In this document: in pieces, positions 9,474 to 18,324 of the stretch
Layout of the letters: each line of letters begins with the position of its first letter
Position numbering within the stretch: the first letter of the stretch is position 1
Source of the DNA: a virus
Taxonomy: Duplodnaviria > Caudoviricetes
DNA: 64,000 bases
Direction: 5' to 3' (one strand)
Virus record (IMG/VR): IMGVR_UViG_3300044972_000310
Location: 2,138-66,137 of that record
Notes under the pieces: model-generated
The model's input: only the letters and a program-made list of their open reading frames with translations
What the model was told of the DNA's origin: nothing
Database searches by the model: none
Position numbers and translations under genes: made by a program

Positions 9474-9572
9474 TTAATAGTAGTGATGAGATGCTTTGCT
9501 CTTACGGTATTCCGCAATGGCTTCGCCCCATGCAACTAGGCTTTCGAATATAGTGTTTAAAATTGTTTTCAT
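9474..9572 (-). CDS. 32-aa small protein not in the ORF track (MKTILNTIFESLVAWGEAIAEYRKSKASHHYY)
   Basis: AAGGA RBS, ATGA overlap with the upstream stop. Confidence 0.55.
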   Translation of the reverse strand: MKTILNTIFESLVAWGEAIAEYRKSKASHHYY

Positions 9573-9748
9573 AGATATGTTTCCTTTTGAGAATATTGGT
9601 ATTGTCGGATGTATGCTTCCAACTGTGCAGTATCGGTAATACTTTTGGTACTTAGATAAGCGTCTAAGCGGCTTTGGTAATTAGATCCTGGGAACATTTC
9701 GGCTAATCGTTCCATTACTCTAATCATTTGCTCTGATAAGAATTTCAT
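9569..9748 (-). CDS. Small protein, DUF3563-like
   Basis: RLDAYLS.....TAQLE.YIR pattern; ATG 9748 with AAGGA RBS. Confidence 0.55.
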   Translation of the reverse strand: MKFLSEQMIRVMERLAEMFPGSNYQSRLDAYLSTKSITDTAQLEAYIRQYQYSQKETYL

Positions 9749-9882
9749 GTTATAATCCTTGTGTAAGTGTGTGTAGAGACTCATGGTTTCTACTAATATA
9801 TTTAGTCTAGTTTATCTGGCACTGCAACATTTTTATTTTACTTTGCAAAAAGGTTAAATATACAAAAGAATTAGAGGATTAT

Positions 9883-10140
9883 ATGCGTAAAAGCACCAGA
9901 TCAATACTGCAAGAATTAAGCGACTTAGGTATTAGCCGTGACAAGGATCAAGTGATTGAAAGCCGTGGAGCAAACCTAATCGAAAGCGCAATTAACCTGT
10001 TAACTCTGATTCGTGAGCAATACGATGTAGAAACGGCTGCTGAATTAGAGCGCCGTTTTGTTAATGCTATCCGTACTAGCGAACCAGCTAAGTTTAAGCG
10101 TGGCATGAAGAAAATACAGGAAAGCAAAGGCAATGAGTAA
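9883..10140 (+). CDS. Hypothetical protein
   Basis: TAAATA motif and GAGGA RBS upstream. Confidence 0.75.
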   Translation: MRKSTRSILQELSDLGISRDKDQVIESRGANLIESAINLLTLIREQYDVETAAELERRFVNAIRTSEPAKFKRGMKKIQESKGNE

Positions 10141-11275
10141 AAATGTAATATTTCCGGACACTAAAGAGTTCGATCAAAAACTAGCCCCGGAAATGAAGGC
10201 TAAGATGGATGCTATCCTAAATCCCCTAGGATTAAACAGCGTGGCCATTGGCAGCGCACACACTCCTACGCCCGGGGAAATGAGCGGCGATATGGACTTA
10301 CAAGTTGATCTTGACGAAGTTAAAGCCAAGTTTAAAACAGATGATGATAAATCAGCTCGCAAAGCATTAGCCATGTTTGTACAAGATCGTGGCTTCCAAG
10401 TGCGTCAAGCAGGTGTTAATGTATTTGTACGTTTACCAGTAGGTGATGAGTTCTATCAAGTTGATCTTGAGACTATTCCTAATGTGGCTAAAGTCAGCCG
10501 TTATCATCAACACAAGATTCCTAAAGGATCAACATACAAGGGCGTGGGCAAACAGCTGATGTTAGCACAGTTGGCCAAGAGCAAGGGCTATATGTACTCT
10601 GCATGGCAAGGACTGTTTGCACGTACCCCAGAGAATAAGAAAGGTGAACTAGTTGCAGACGAGTGGGATGACATTGCTCGTGTGCTAATAGGACCAGATG
10701 CTACTGGAGATAACATTGATTCAGTAGAAGCTATCATGGCCAGCTTGCCAGAAGAGCAGGCACAGGCATTACTAGCACATGTTAAACAAGATAAGAACTG
10801 GGCTGAACGAACTCCAAAGATATCTGAAGATATTAGACGAATGAGACAGTTAGCTGGTATGAAAGAAGCCGATGTAGTAAGCCCACGTTTTGCAGGTGTG
10901 CAACAAACTAAACACGCCGATGGTAGTCAAACTACAGACTATAATCAAGGTCCTTTGCAATCTACACAGAAAGTAGATGCCCAAGGCCGCCCGATCAAGA
11001 CCACCACGGCTTACGACTTAGGTGCTGCCAAACTTAGCCATAGTAATGATCATGTAAGTGGCATTCGATCAACCGAAGTTGCTCCAAGAGTTGGAGACGG
11101 AACCGACACCGCCGCAACCCTTGCAGCAGCACATCAAATGATGCCAACAGCAGATATTGCAGCAGCCCGCGGAGTTGATCCTAAAAAGTTTGCACGATTT
11201 CAGAAACAAAATCCCTCAGCAGTTAAAGAAAGCCCTGAGCTAACAGCAATGTTAACTATTGCGAGATTAAGATGA
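10133..11275 (+). CDS. Pol-beta-like nucleotidyltransferase-fold protein with a virion-type C-terminal tail
   Basis: IGSA...SGDMDLQVD and YQVDL; C-terminal IRRMRQLAG and LTAMLTIARLR motifs. Confidence 0.6.
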   Translation: MSKNVIFPDTKEFDQKLAPEMKAKMDAILNPLGLNSVAIGSAHTPTPGEMSGDMDLQVDLDEVKAKFKTDDDKSARKALAMFVQDRGFQVRQAGVNVFVRLPVGDEFYQVDLETIPNVAKVSRYHQHKIPKGSTYKGVGKQLMLAQLAKSKGYMYSAWQGLFARTPENKKGELVADEWDDIARVLIGPDATGDNIDSVEAIMASLPEEQAQALLAHVKQDKNWAERTPKISEDIRRMRQLAGMKEADVVSPRFAGVQQTKHADGSQTTDYNQGPLQSTQKVDAQGRPIKTTTAYDLGAAKLSHSNDHVSGIRSTEVAPRVGDGTDTAATLAAAHQMMPTADIAAARGVDPKKFARFQKQNPSAVKESPELTAMLTIARLR

Positions 11276-12420
11276 GAGCAAACGAGTTCCTAAGAGAAGC
11301 AGAAGAAGCTGCTGTTAAAAAACTAGGTCGTGCCTTTAACCACTTGGAAGACCTAGTGTTCTTTCACGGTAGCCGCGGCACTATTGAAGCATTGGACCAT
11401 TTGAAAGAAATCGCTACTAGTGCTGGTAGTAAGACTATACGTATGAAGTGGGATGGTAATCCACAGATCTACTGGGGTCGTGCTGAAAAAGGTGGTCCAC
11501 TAATCCTAGCGGGACATAATGGCTGGAGCCGTGGTGCTGCTACTGATAGTCCAGATGCAGTAGCAGACTTCATTGCCAACAAGAGCGGTAAACCTAAAAC
11601 TCCCGAAGAAGTAAAACAACGACAGGCATTTGCACAACAGTTTGCAAATCTATATCCCCTGTTTGATCGTGCTACTCCAAAGAACTTTGTGGGCTACGTC
11701 TATGCTGACGGCCTGTACTTACAACGACCCGCAGTTGACAAACAAGGTGTGTATAACTTTGCACCTAATCCAAAAAGTCAAACTGCCTATCATGTTAAGG
11801 CAGATAGTCCATTGGGACAACAGATTAGTCAATCACAGGTAATGGTAGTGGGCCATGCCTACTTTCCGGAGTTTGGTATGGATGACAGTGATCAAAAGCC
11901 CATGGATGACTTTAGCATGTTCAACACAGTTCCTGAACTGATTGTACAAGGACCTGTGTATAACAGCAATCCAGTTAGTATAGATACTAGTGCAATTGAT
12001 CGTGTGGAACAGTATTTGAATCAACACTCTGCTGCTATTGACAACTTCTTGCAAGGTACCACTGGTCTTGGTGATCTAAAGAATATATTGTATACCTATG
12101 TTAATCAAACAGCTAAAGCTAAACAGTTGGATAATCTGGGCGCACAGAACTTCTTATCTTGGCTAAAAAGCAGCAAGGTTAGTGAGCCCAAGCAGACTAA
12201 GATTGAACAGCTTGCACAACAACATGCTCGTGCATTAGAAGCTATATTCGGACTTGTTGGCCGTATTATGGATCTTAAAGATCAAGTTATTGATCAAGTA
12301 GAGCAAGGACAGGGCGAAATATGGGATACACATGGCGAAGGCCGTGTACGCTACGCACCTGCAGGTAAAAAGTTTGGAAATGTCAAGCTAGTGCCTCGCA
12401 GACGTTGGACTCCGAAGTAA
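11272..12420 (+). CDS. DUF6267-like protein with a ligase-type KxDG motif
   Basis: HLEDLVF, MKWDGNP, C-terminal EGRV...KLVPR. Confidence 0.6.
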   Translation: MRANEFLREAEEAAVKKLGRAFNHLEDLVFFHGSRGTIEALDHLKEIATSAGSKTIRMKWDGNPQIYWGRAEKGGPLILAGHNGWSRGAATDSPDAVADFIANKSGKPKTPEEVKQRQAFAQQFANLYPLFDRATPKNFVGYVYADGLYLQRPAVDKQGVYNFAPNPKSQTAYHVKADSPLGQQISQSQVMVVGHAYFPEFGMDDSDQKPMDDFSMFNTVPELIVQGPVYNSNPVSIDTSAIDRVEQYLNQHSAAIDNFLQGTTGLGDLKNILYTYVNQTAKAKQLDNLGAQNFLSWLKSSKVSEPKQTKIEQLAQQHARALEAIFGLVGRIMDLKDQVIDQVEQGQGEIWDTHGEGRVRYAPAGKKFGNVKLVPRRRWTPK

Positions 12421-12527
12421 TATTATCTAGCCAAAAAACTCCATATTCCGGGGTTTTTTTGTATCTCGTATAAATAATAGTACAAAGGCCTACAGGACGT
12501 AGGTCGACATATACGAGGAGATATATT

Positions 12528-12887
12528 ATGTCAGCAACAACAAGAGTAAATCCTACCGCAGTAGCGTTAGGTACAGTACAACGTACATTTCAACAAACAG
12601 TATTCAAGTATGTATTAAGCGGTTCAGACGGCGCTATTGCATTAACTACAACTACTGCAACTAGAGTTACAGAAGAACTTGGTACAACTAGTTCAGTATT
12701 CCAAGTAGCCAGCGACGGTTTAGAGATCCTTACAATGGGCGATCGTCATATGCTTGACTTAGATGCATTAGCTAGCAGAGTTGGATATGTTCTAGGCGCA
12801 GGAAGTGTAACAGCTACTGGCGTATGGACATTTACAGCTGGTGGTACACTAACTGTAACAGAACCAACAACATTGTATTCAATGTAA
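12528..12887 (+). CDS. Small late protein, probably structural (MSATTRVN paralog 1)
   Basis: TATAAATA promoter, GAGGAG RBS, own terminator. Confidence 0.75.
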   Translation: MSATTRVNPTAVALGTVQRTFQQTVFKYVLSGSDGAIALTTTTATRVTEELGTTSSVFQVASDGLEILTMGDRHMLDLDALASRVGYVLGAGSVTATGVWTFTAGGTLTVTEPTTLYSM

Positions 12888-12910
12888 TAATTCTCCGGGA
12901 TGGGAAGACT

Positions 12911-12934
12911 AAGCCCCTTAATTGGGGCTTTTTT
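12911..12934 (+). terminator. Intrinsic terminator
   Basis: AAGCCCC-TTAATT-GGGGCTT plus T run. Confidence 0.8.
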
Positions 12935-13000
12935 ACGGCCATGATAAATACATTACAATGAACTACAAAGAGTAGTTCGACATATACGAGGAGATATATT

Positions 13001-13336
13001 ATGTCAGCAACAACAAGAGTAAATGGTTCAGGCCAATATTTAACTGGTTCTATAGTTTCAGTTGTACAACTAAAAGCATTCATAATTGACGTGGGCGCAG
13101 ACTTGCAAGCCCAAGATGACGGCATTGACGAAGCTGTAGAGCAAGTTATACGTGAACTACAGCCGTTAATGTATTTTACACCATCAGCTGGTGACGGTAT
13201 TATTCACGTGATCGTAGACGGTCACGGTGTAGATGCAGATACATTACAGCTACGTGTCCGTGCGTTAGATACAGGTGCAGGTTATCGTTATAATGCTGCA
13301 ACAGTTGTACTAGGTACAAGTTTTGTAGTAGCTTAA
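13001..13336 (+). CDS. Small late protein, probably structural (MSATTRVN paralog 2)
   Basis: ATAAATA promoter, GAGGAG RBS, own terminator. Confidence 0.75.
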   Translation: MSATTRVNGSGQYLTGSIVSVVQLKAFIIDVGADLQAQDDGIDEAVEQVIRELQPLMYFTPSAGDGIIHVIVDGHGVDADTLQLRVRALDTGAGYRYNAATVVLGTSFVVA

Positions 13337-13356
13337 TTCTCTGGGATGGGAATAAT

Positions 13357-13383
13357 AAGCCCACTTTTATAGTGGGCTTTTTT
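13357..13383 (+). terminator. Intrinsic terminator
   Basis: AAGCCCACT-TTTAT-AGTGGGCTT plus T run. Confidence 0.8.
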
Positions 13384-13402
13384 ACGGCTGTTAAATACAG
13401 CA

Positions 13403-13777
13403 ATGATTTATTGTTTATACACGCTAGCTGACATTTCTGCTTCGGGCCAGTACAAATCTAGGAATGATCTAGAAAGACTACAGCAACAAAACTTTGATAC
13501 TGTTATGCAGACCATTGGACTTGCTGGTAATGTTTATTTTAGCCACCCTCCTCAGCCTATCCCTGCAGATATATTTGGCAACGCAGATCAAACCTGTTGG
13601 TACTTTGAGTGGACTATGGAAATAGAACACCTATTCGAAGTAGATGGGGATGAGCTATCTAGGCTGAAAGACCTGTTTGAATACGTGCCATTCATAACAG
13701 GATTAACAGAAACTGCCCAGTTTGAACGGCCTATGTTTAAGCTCGGGCACAATATTATTTTTGATTATAAACAATAA
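13403..13777 (+). CDS. Hypothetical protein
   Basis: ORF starting 5 nt after TAAATA. Confidence 0.7.
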   Translation: MIYCLYTLADISASGQYKSRNDLERLQQQNFDTVMQTIGLAGNVYFSHPPQPIPADIFGNADQTCWYFEWTMEIEHLFEVDGDELSRLKDLFEYVPFITGLTETAQFERPMFKLGHNIIFDYKQ

Positions 13778-13862
13778 ATATAATACTATAGGCACAAAGG
13801 CATCTTAAGGCTCACACAGTAATACCATACTGAGCAACACCAACCCACAGGAGAGATGCCAC

Positions 13863-14297
13863 ATGGCGACCGCTACCGCGAAGAAACCACGAACAAATTT
13901 AGAAGCAGTTCCACAACTAGCACAGTTACCGGAACGTGTCAGTGTATTAGAAACTAAAGTTGAAAACATCAACGAAAAGCTAGTCGATCTCAAAGCTGAT
14001 GTTAAAGAAATGCATGACTGTTTAGATCAAACTCGTGACATGCTATCAGACAAGCTAGAAAAGATGCAGGAAGAGTATCGCAGGAATGCTACTAGGTATT
14101 TTGAACATGCTGATCGCCTACACTTAGAAGATGTGGCATCACACGAAAAAATGAGTAGTCGTATTGGCTCCTTAGAAAGAGTTAAAAACAAATGGCAACA
14201 GTATGTGATGATATTATTAGCATTTGGCGCAGGCACAGGCTGGCTTAGTGGCCATACAGTAAACGTGTCTCAGCTGTTAAAGTTTGTTGGTATATAA
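13863..14297 (+). CDS. Coiled-coil protein with C-terminal TM helix (XhlA/holin-like architecture)
   Basis: Heptad region RVSVLETKVENI..., C-terminal YVMILLAFGAG hydrophobic segment; AGGAG RBS. Confidence 0.6.
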   Translation: MATATAKKPRTNLEAVPQLAQLPERVSVLETKVENINEKLVDLKADVKEMHDCLDQTRDMLSDKLEKMQEEYRRNATRYFEHADRLHLEDVASHEKMSSRIGSLERVKNKWQQYVMILLAFGAGTGWLSGHTVNVSQLLKFVGI

Positions 14298-14304
14298 AAG
14301 TATT

Positions 14305-15033
14305 ATGTTATTAAGAGAGTTTACATTAGAGAGCGTGGTTGATCAAGCTATTTTGTTTCACAAAGAGCTTAATCCAAAGCTATGGAAGGAACGTAGACTC
14401 AATCCAGAAGTACGTTTTAAACTGTTAAAGATTGCCAAACACTTTATAGACTTTATTGATATTCCACAGATAAGTCTTAAAAATATTACCTTGTCAGGCT
14501 CCAACGCAGCCTACACCTATACAGAACACAGCGACTTGGATCTACACCTTGTTGTTGATATTCCTGCTGCTGCACAGTATCACTTAAAACCCCTGTTCGA
14601 TGCTAAGAAGAATCAGTATAACTTTCAACACGATATTAAAATACACGGTATTGAAGTAGAAGTATATGTACAGCCCATTGTTGATGCGCATCATTCAGCA
14701 GGCATCTACTCAGTACTTGATGACCAATGGATTGAACAACCTAAACCCATTAAGGTTACCATTGATGACCATGATGTTAATCTAAAGTTTAAGAATTACG
14801 TAAATAAAATTAAACAAGCATTGAAGTCAGATGATATCAGTGTGGCCAACACTGTTAAAGATCGTCTTAATCGCTTACGCAAAACTGGATTAGAAAGACA
14901 GGGTGAGTTCTCAGTAGAGAACATTGCTTTCAAAGTCCTGCGTAACAAAGGTTATATTGATCAATTGAGACAGCATATATACAAATTAGAGGATCAGGCA
15001 CTAAGCCTAGGAGAACACAATGAAACGAAATGA
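14305..15033 (+). CDS. Pol-beta superfamily nucleotidyltransferase
   Basis: LSGSNA....SDLDLHLVVD and EVEVYVQ; start reassigned to ATG 14305. Confidence 0.75.
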   Translation: MLLREFTLESVVDQAILFHKELNPKLWKERRLNPEVRFKLLKIAKHFIDFIDIPQISLKNITLSGSNAAYTYTEHSDLDLHLVVDIPAAAQYHLKPLFDAKKNQYNFQHDIKIHGIEVEVYVQPIVDAHHSAGIYSVLDDQWIEQPKPIKVTIDDHDVNLKFKNYVNKIKQALKSDDISVANTVKDRLNRLRKTGLERQGEFSVENIAFKVLRNKGYIDQLRQHIYKLEDQALSLGEHNETK

Positions 15034-16417
15034 AATACTAGGCGAACACAAGAAAGGTACTAAGGCTGTTAAGTACAATAAAAAGCCTAAAGATCACACT
15101 GCTGAGTTTGGCAAAGCTAAAGAAAAACTGGCACCAGTCAAGCCAATGGAAGGGTATAATCCTAATTCAGCAGGTGCAGAACATCGCCGCAAGTTAGATC
15201 AATCACATGCTGCTGACCTAAAGGCAAGAGCAGAAGGACCTGATGCTACAGAACGTGATCAACAAAGATATCAAAATTATCTAGACAAGAAAGAACAAAT
15301 GGCCAACGATTATAATGATCGTATGGAACGCGAAAGTGTAGCACAAGAAGGCCACCGTGATTACGATGACAACCGTACAGGATTTGGTGACCAAGGCAAG
15401 CGTGAATTTAAACGTCGTGAAATGGAACATGAGTTAGGACATGAGACTAACAACTATGCAGTAGCCATTGATGGCCGTACTTGGAAAGTATTTGCCAGTA
15501 GAAATCATGCAGAAGCAGTAGCTCGTTCATTACAGAATAAAGGTAAGAAAGCCACAGTACATGAAACCGGTGCTGAGCCTACTGCCGAAGCAATGGGTGC
15601 AGACATGGGAAAGATTACTAAAGTTGACCCTGCTACAAAGAAAGCAACATTAACCAAACCTGACGGCACTTCGATGGAGGTTGATAGTACTGCATTAAAG
15701 CCAACACCAGACGGCAAGATGTCAATGGACACTCCAGATGCTAACGAACTTAAAACAGGAACGGCAGTAGTTAGTACAGAAGGATCTGTTATTACAGAAC
15801 TTGATCCACCACCACATGATAGTACTAGCCCAATACACGGTGGACAAGATAATACAGATCTACGCAGACTACGCGAACTTGCTGGGCAACCGGCAGCACC
15901 GGAAGATGATGGCGAGTATGATGCTATAGATAGTGTAGATTCGTTTAATGCTTATGCACAGAAACAGTCTGCTGCTGCTGGACTTAGCCCAGAACAGACT
16001 GCTGAACTACAAAAGATGGTTGTTGCAGAACCAGATGGTTCGATTGACATGGAAGCCACTATGGTTAATGCTGTGAAAGGTATGGCTGAAATGATACCGC
16101 AACTGCTTGAGTTGTTTACAACCTGGCTCGGCATGTTAGAAAAAGCCAAAGCTGATCCTGCACAATGGTCTGCACTTACTCCTGAAGAACAAAAAAGCAT
16201 CGACGAGGCTATCAATGATGCCAAGGCGCAGTTACCTAGGCTCCAAGCTGAAGCTAAAAAAATTCCAGGTATGCAAGCTGAATTAGATCAAGTTGTTGCC
16301 GCTAACAAAGCCGCTGGAAAAACTATGAGAATTCCAGCTAAGGCTCCTGCACCAGTAGCACCGACTGTAGAAGAATCAGATCTTACTGCTATGTTACGTA
16401 TCGCAGGCCTAAGATGA
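15020..16417 (+). CDS. Acidic, low-complexity putative internal head protein
   Basis: MKRNEILGE N-terminus, LRRLRELAG and LTAMLRIAGLR motifs. Confidence 0.65.
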   Translation: MKRNEILGEHKKGTKAVKYNKKPKDHTAEFGKAKEKLAPVKPMEGYNPNSAGAEHRRKLDQSHAADLKARAEGPDATERDQQRYQNYLDKKEQMANDYNDRMERESVAQEGHRDYDDNRTGFGDQGKREFKRREMEHELGHETNNYAVAIDGRTWKVFASRNHAEAVARSLQNKGKKATVHETGAEPTAEAMGADMGKITKVDPATKKATLTKPDGTSMEVDSTALKPTPDGKMSMDTPDANELKTGTAVVSTEGSVITELDPPPHDSTSPIHGGQDNTDLRRLRELAGQPAAPEDDGEYDAIDSVDSFNAYAQKQSAAAGLSPEQTAELQKMVVAEPDGSIDMEATMVNAVKGMAEMIPQLLELFTTWLGMLEKAKADPAQWSALTPEEQKSIDEAINDAKAQLPRLQAEAKKIPGMQAELDQVVAANKAAGKTMRIPAKAPAPVAPTVEESDLTAMLRIAGLR

Positions 16418-16614
16418 AAATAAACGAGTTGATCAAAGAGTTTGAAGTATACACTTCAAATGAAGAAAAGCGTATGTTAGAACAACTAACTCATGTACGC
16501 CAATTGAGTAGTTTTAGCGAGCGTGATCAATTCACAATTGAGAGCCTTATCCGTAAAAGTTTGGTAATTAAAGTAGGAGACATAAATCCTAGAGTGATTG
16601 CCAATGAATTATAA
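16414..16614 (+). CDS. Hypothetical protein
   Basis: ATGA-coupled; MKINELIKE N-terminus. Confidence 0.7.
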   Translation: MKINELIKEFEVYTSNEEKRMLEQLTHVRQLSSFSERDQFTIESLIRKSLVIKVGDINPRVIANEL

Positions 16615-17035
16615 ACGACAAGCTAAACAACTTGAATCTTTCTTAGAAGATGAATTTAAGAAAAAGATTCCTATACTGGTCATGCCGGACAAAAGTCTTG
16701 TGTACAAACGCTACAAGATCAAACAGAATAACACCGGCAACTGGGATTTGAGCTATATTGGCGGTGATAAAATTGCAGAGTTTAGAATTAAGACTACAGC
16801 TACCCTGGCAGCTAAATTCTACGATCAACCTAATTTTAAGCGTTACAATGAAGTACTACAATTAGATACTCATTACTGGAACAACAATAATGATGCAGTA
16901 TTTTTTAAATATAGATACGAACATGCAAAAGATATCGAAAAACGTGACATTTTTATGTGGCGTTGGGAACAAGCAGATCACAGGGCCAAACGTTACAAGG
17001 AAGAAATTTCCTCAATGTTTAAGTCAAACTTTTGA
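16604..17035 (+). CDS. Hypothetical protein
   Basis: ORF overlapping the upstream stop. Confidence 0.65.
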   Translation: MNYKRQAKQLESFLEDEFKKKIPILVMPDKSLVYKRYKIKQNNTGNWDLSYIGGDKIAEFRIKTTATLAAKFYDQPNFKRYNEVLQLDTHYWNNNNDAVFFKYRYEHAKDIEKRDIFMWRWEQADHRAKRYKEEISSMFKSNF

Positions 17036-17071
17036 TAAATAAAAATAACAGTCTTTTAGGGATTACAGAAT

Positions 17072-17968
17072 ATGCAGATTACAGAACTTTCACATCCAAA
17101 GAGTAGCAAGGGCCTTAACGAAAGCCTAGCTAAGAAATTTGGCTACAAATTAAACGTAGATAGCTTTACAATGGAGCAACTACGTGCAGCTCGCGATAAA
17201 ATTACTATGGAACTTGCTGAGTTTGAAACAAGTAAGAATTACGATGCTGTTTACGAAAGTAACACGTATCAACGTGACCGTGCATTACTTGATGTAATCA
17301 CCCAGGCAATTTCAGAGCGCACACTAAGCCCAGGCGAAGAAGGCAAGAAAGAAAAATATGTTAAAGGCATGAAGTCTAAGTCAGGCGAATTTAAAAAACG
17401 TTATGGCGATAAAGGCGAAGAAGTAATGCATGCCACAGCCAGCAAAATGGCCAAGAAAGAAAGTATCGATGAAGCAATGGAAGTACTACGTGGTGTTCTA
17501 TCAGAAAGAACACTAACAGAAGGCGAAGAAGAAAAAGCAGCATTGATCATGAGCGCACGTGATATGGTTGACAAGGTCACAGGATGGCTAGAAGATACTG
17601 CATCATTGAAATCAGAAACCATGTTAGAATTAGTTGACTCTATCAGAGACGAACTAGGCAGCGATATTAGCAGTCAGTATTCAGGCACAGTTAAACCAGC
17701 ATTGGAAGAATTATACACAGTATTAGAAACAACTCGTACTACCCTAGCACAGGCAGTGGCTATCCTAACAGGCGAAGAAGGCCCAGCTGGCCCGGCAGCA
17801 GCTCCAACAATGGGCATGCCAGGTGAAGAAGAATTCCCAAGCGGTGATGAATTTGCAGCAGCAGATGCAAGCACAGGTGGCGAAGAAGCTGCCGGTCGCG
17901 AAATGCGCGAGAACATTGCCTACAGCCGTAGACTAGGCACAATGTTAAGCCAGCCAAAAAAAAAGTAA
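17072..17968 (+). CDS. Acidic helical late protein (prohead core/scaffold-like); ends at a slippery site
   Basis: ATAAATA promoter; Glu-rich; ends CCA AAA AAA AAG TAA. Confidence 0.7.
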   Translation: MQITELSHPKSSKGLNESLAKKFGYKLNVDSFTMEQLRAARDKITMELAEFETSKNYDAVYESNTYQRDRALLDVITQAISERTLSPGEEGKKEKYVKGMKSKSGEFKKRYGDKGEEVMHATASKMAKKESIDEAMEVLRGVLSERTLTEGEEEKAALIMSARDMVDKVTGWLEDTASLKSETMLELVDSIRDELGSDISSQYSGTVKPALEELYTVLETTRTTLAQAVAILTGEEGPAGPAAAPTMGMPGEEEFPSGDEFAAADASTGGEEAAGREMRENIAYSRRLGTMLSQPKKK

Positions 17969-18294
17969 ATGAAGATGCGGATACACTTATCCGCATACTC
18001 AACACACTAAAATCTAGAGCAGACTCAAAAGGCACCCCAGCTCAATACAGCTGGGATGCTGTGTCAAATATGTTAAGCAATGTATCTGGTACACAAATGG
18101 ACTATGATACATTTAAGAAAGAGTTTGACACAATCCCTCAATTAAAAAACATAGTTGCCCAATTTGACGGGCAAGGCCTTACACTCAAAACTAAAGAAAA
18201 ACCAGAAGCTACAAATAGTCAGCCACACAGTGCTGGCGGATTGGATGCATCTGCTAAAAGGGCTGCGGCGAAATCGCTCAAACAACCTGGTTGA
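17965..18294 (+). CDS. -1 frame continuation of 17072..17968 (VNEDADTLIRIL...KQPG)
   Basis: Open from the slippery site, in frame with the tracked ORF 18061..18294, which lacks a clear RBS. Confidence 0.6.
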   Translation, partial: VNEDADTLIRILNTLKSRADSKGTPAQYSWDAVSNMLSNVSGTQMDYDTFKKEFDTIPQLKNIVAQFDGQGLTLKTKEKPEATNSQPHSAGGLDASAKRAAAKSLKQPG

Positions 18295-18319
18295 CTTCTA
18301 GGTCAGACTGCTATATAAT
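18291..18319 (+). promoter_or_regulatory. sigma70 promoter giving a leaderless mRNA
   Basis: TTGACT-17 nt-TATAAT with ATG at 18325. Confidence 0.7.
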
Positions 18320-18324
18320 AGCAT

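Larger units (their letters stand above)
12504..13024 (+). repeat. 48-nt perfect direct repeat (12504-12551 and 12977-13024) covering the RBS and first 8 codons of two tandem genes
   Basis: TCGACATATACGAGGAGATATATTATGTCAGCAACAACAAGAGTAAAT occurs twice. Confidence 0.95.

Noticed and set aside
12504-13383. Direct repeats read as a CRISPR array, att sites or DGR TR/VR
   Set aside because: Only two copies, tied to gene starts and ends; no integrase, no reverse transcriptase and no adenine-specific mismatch pattern
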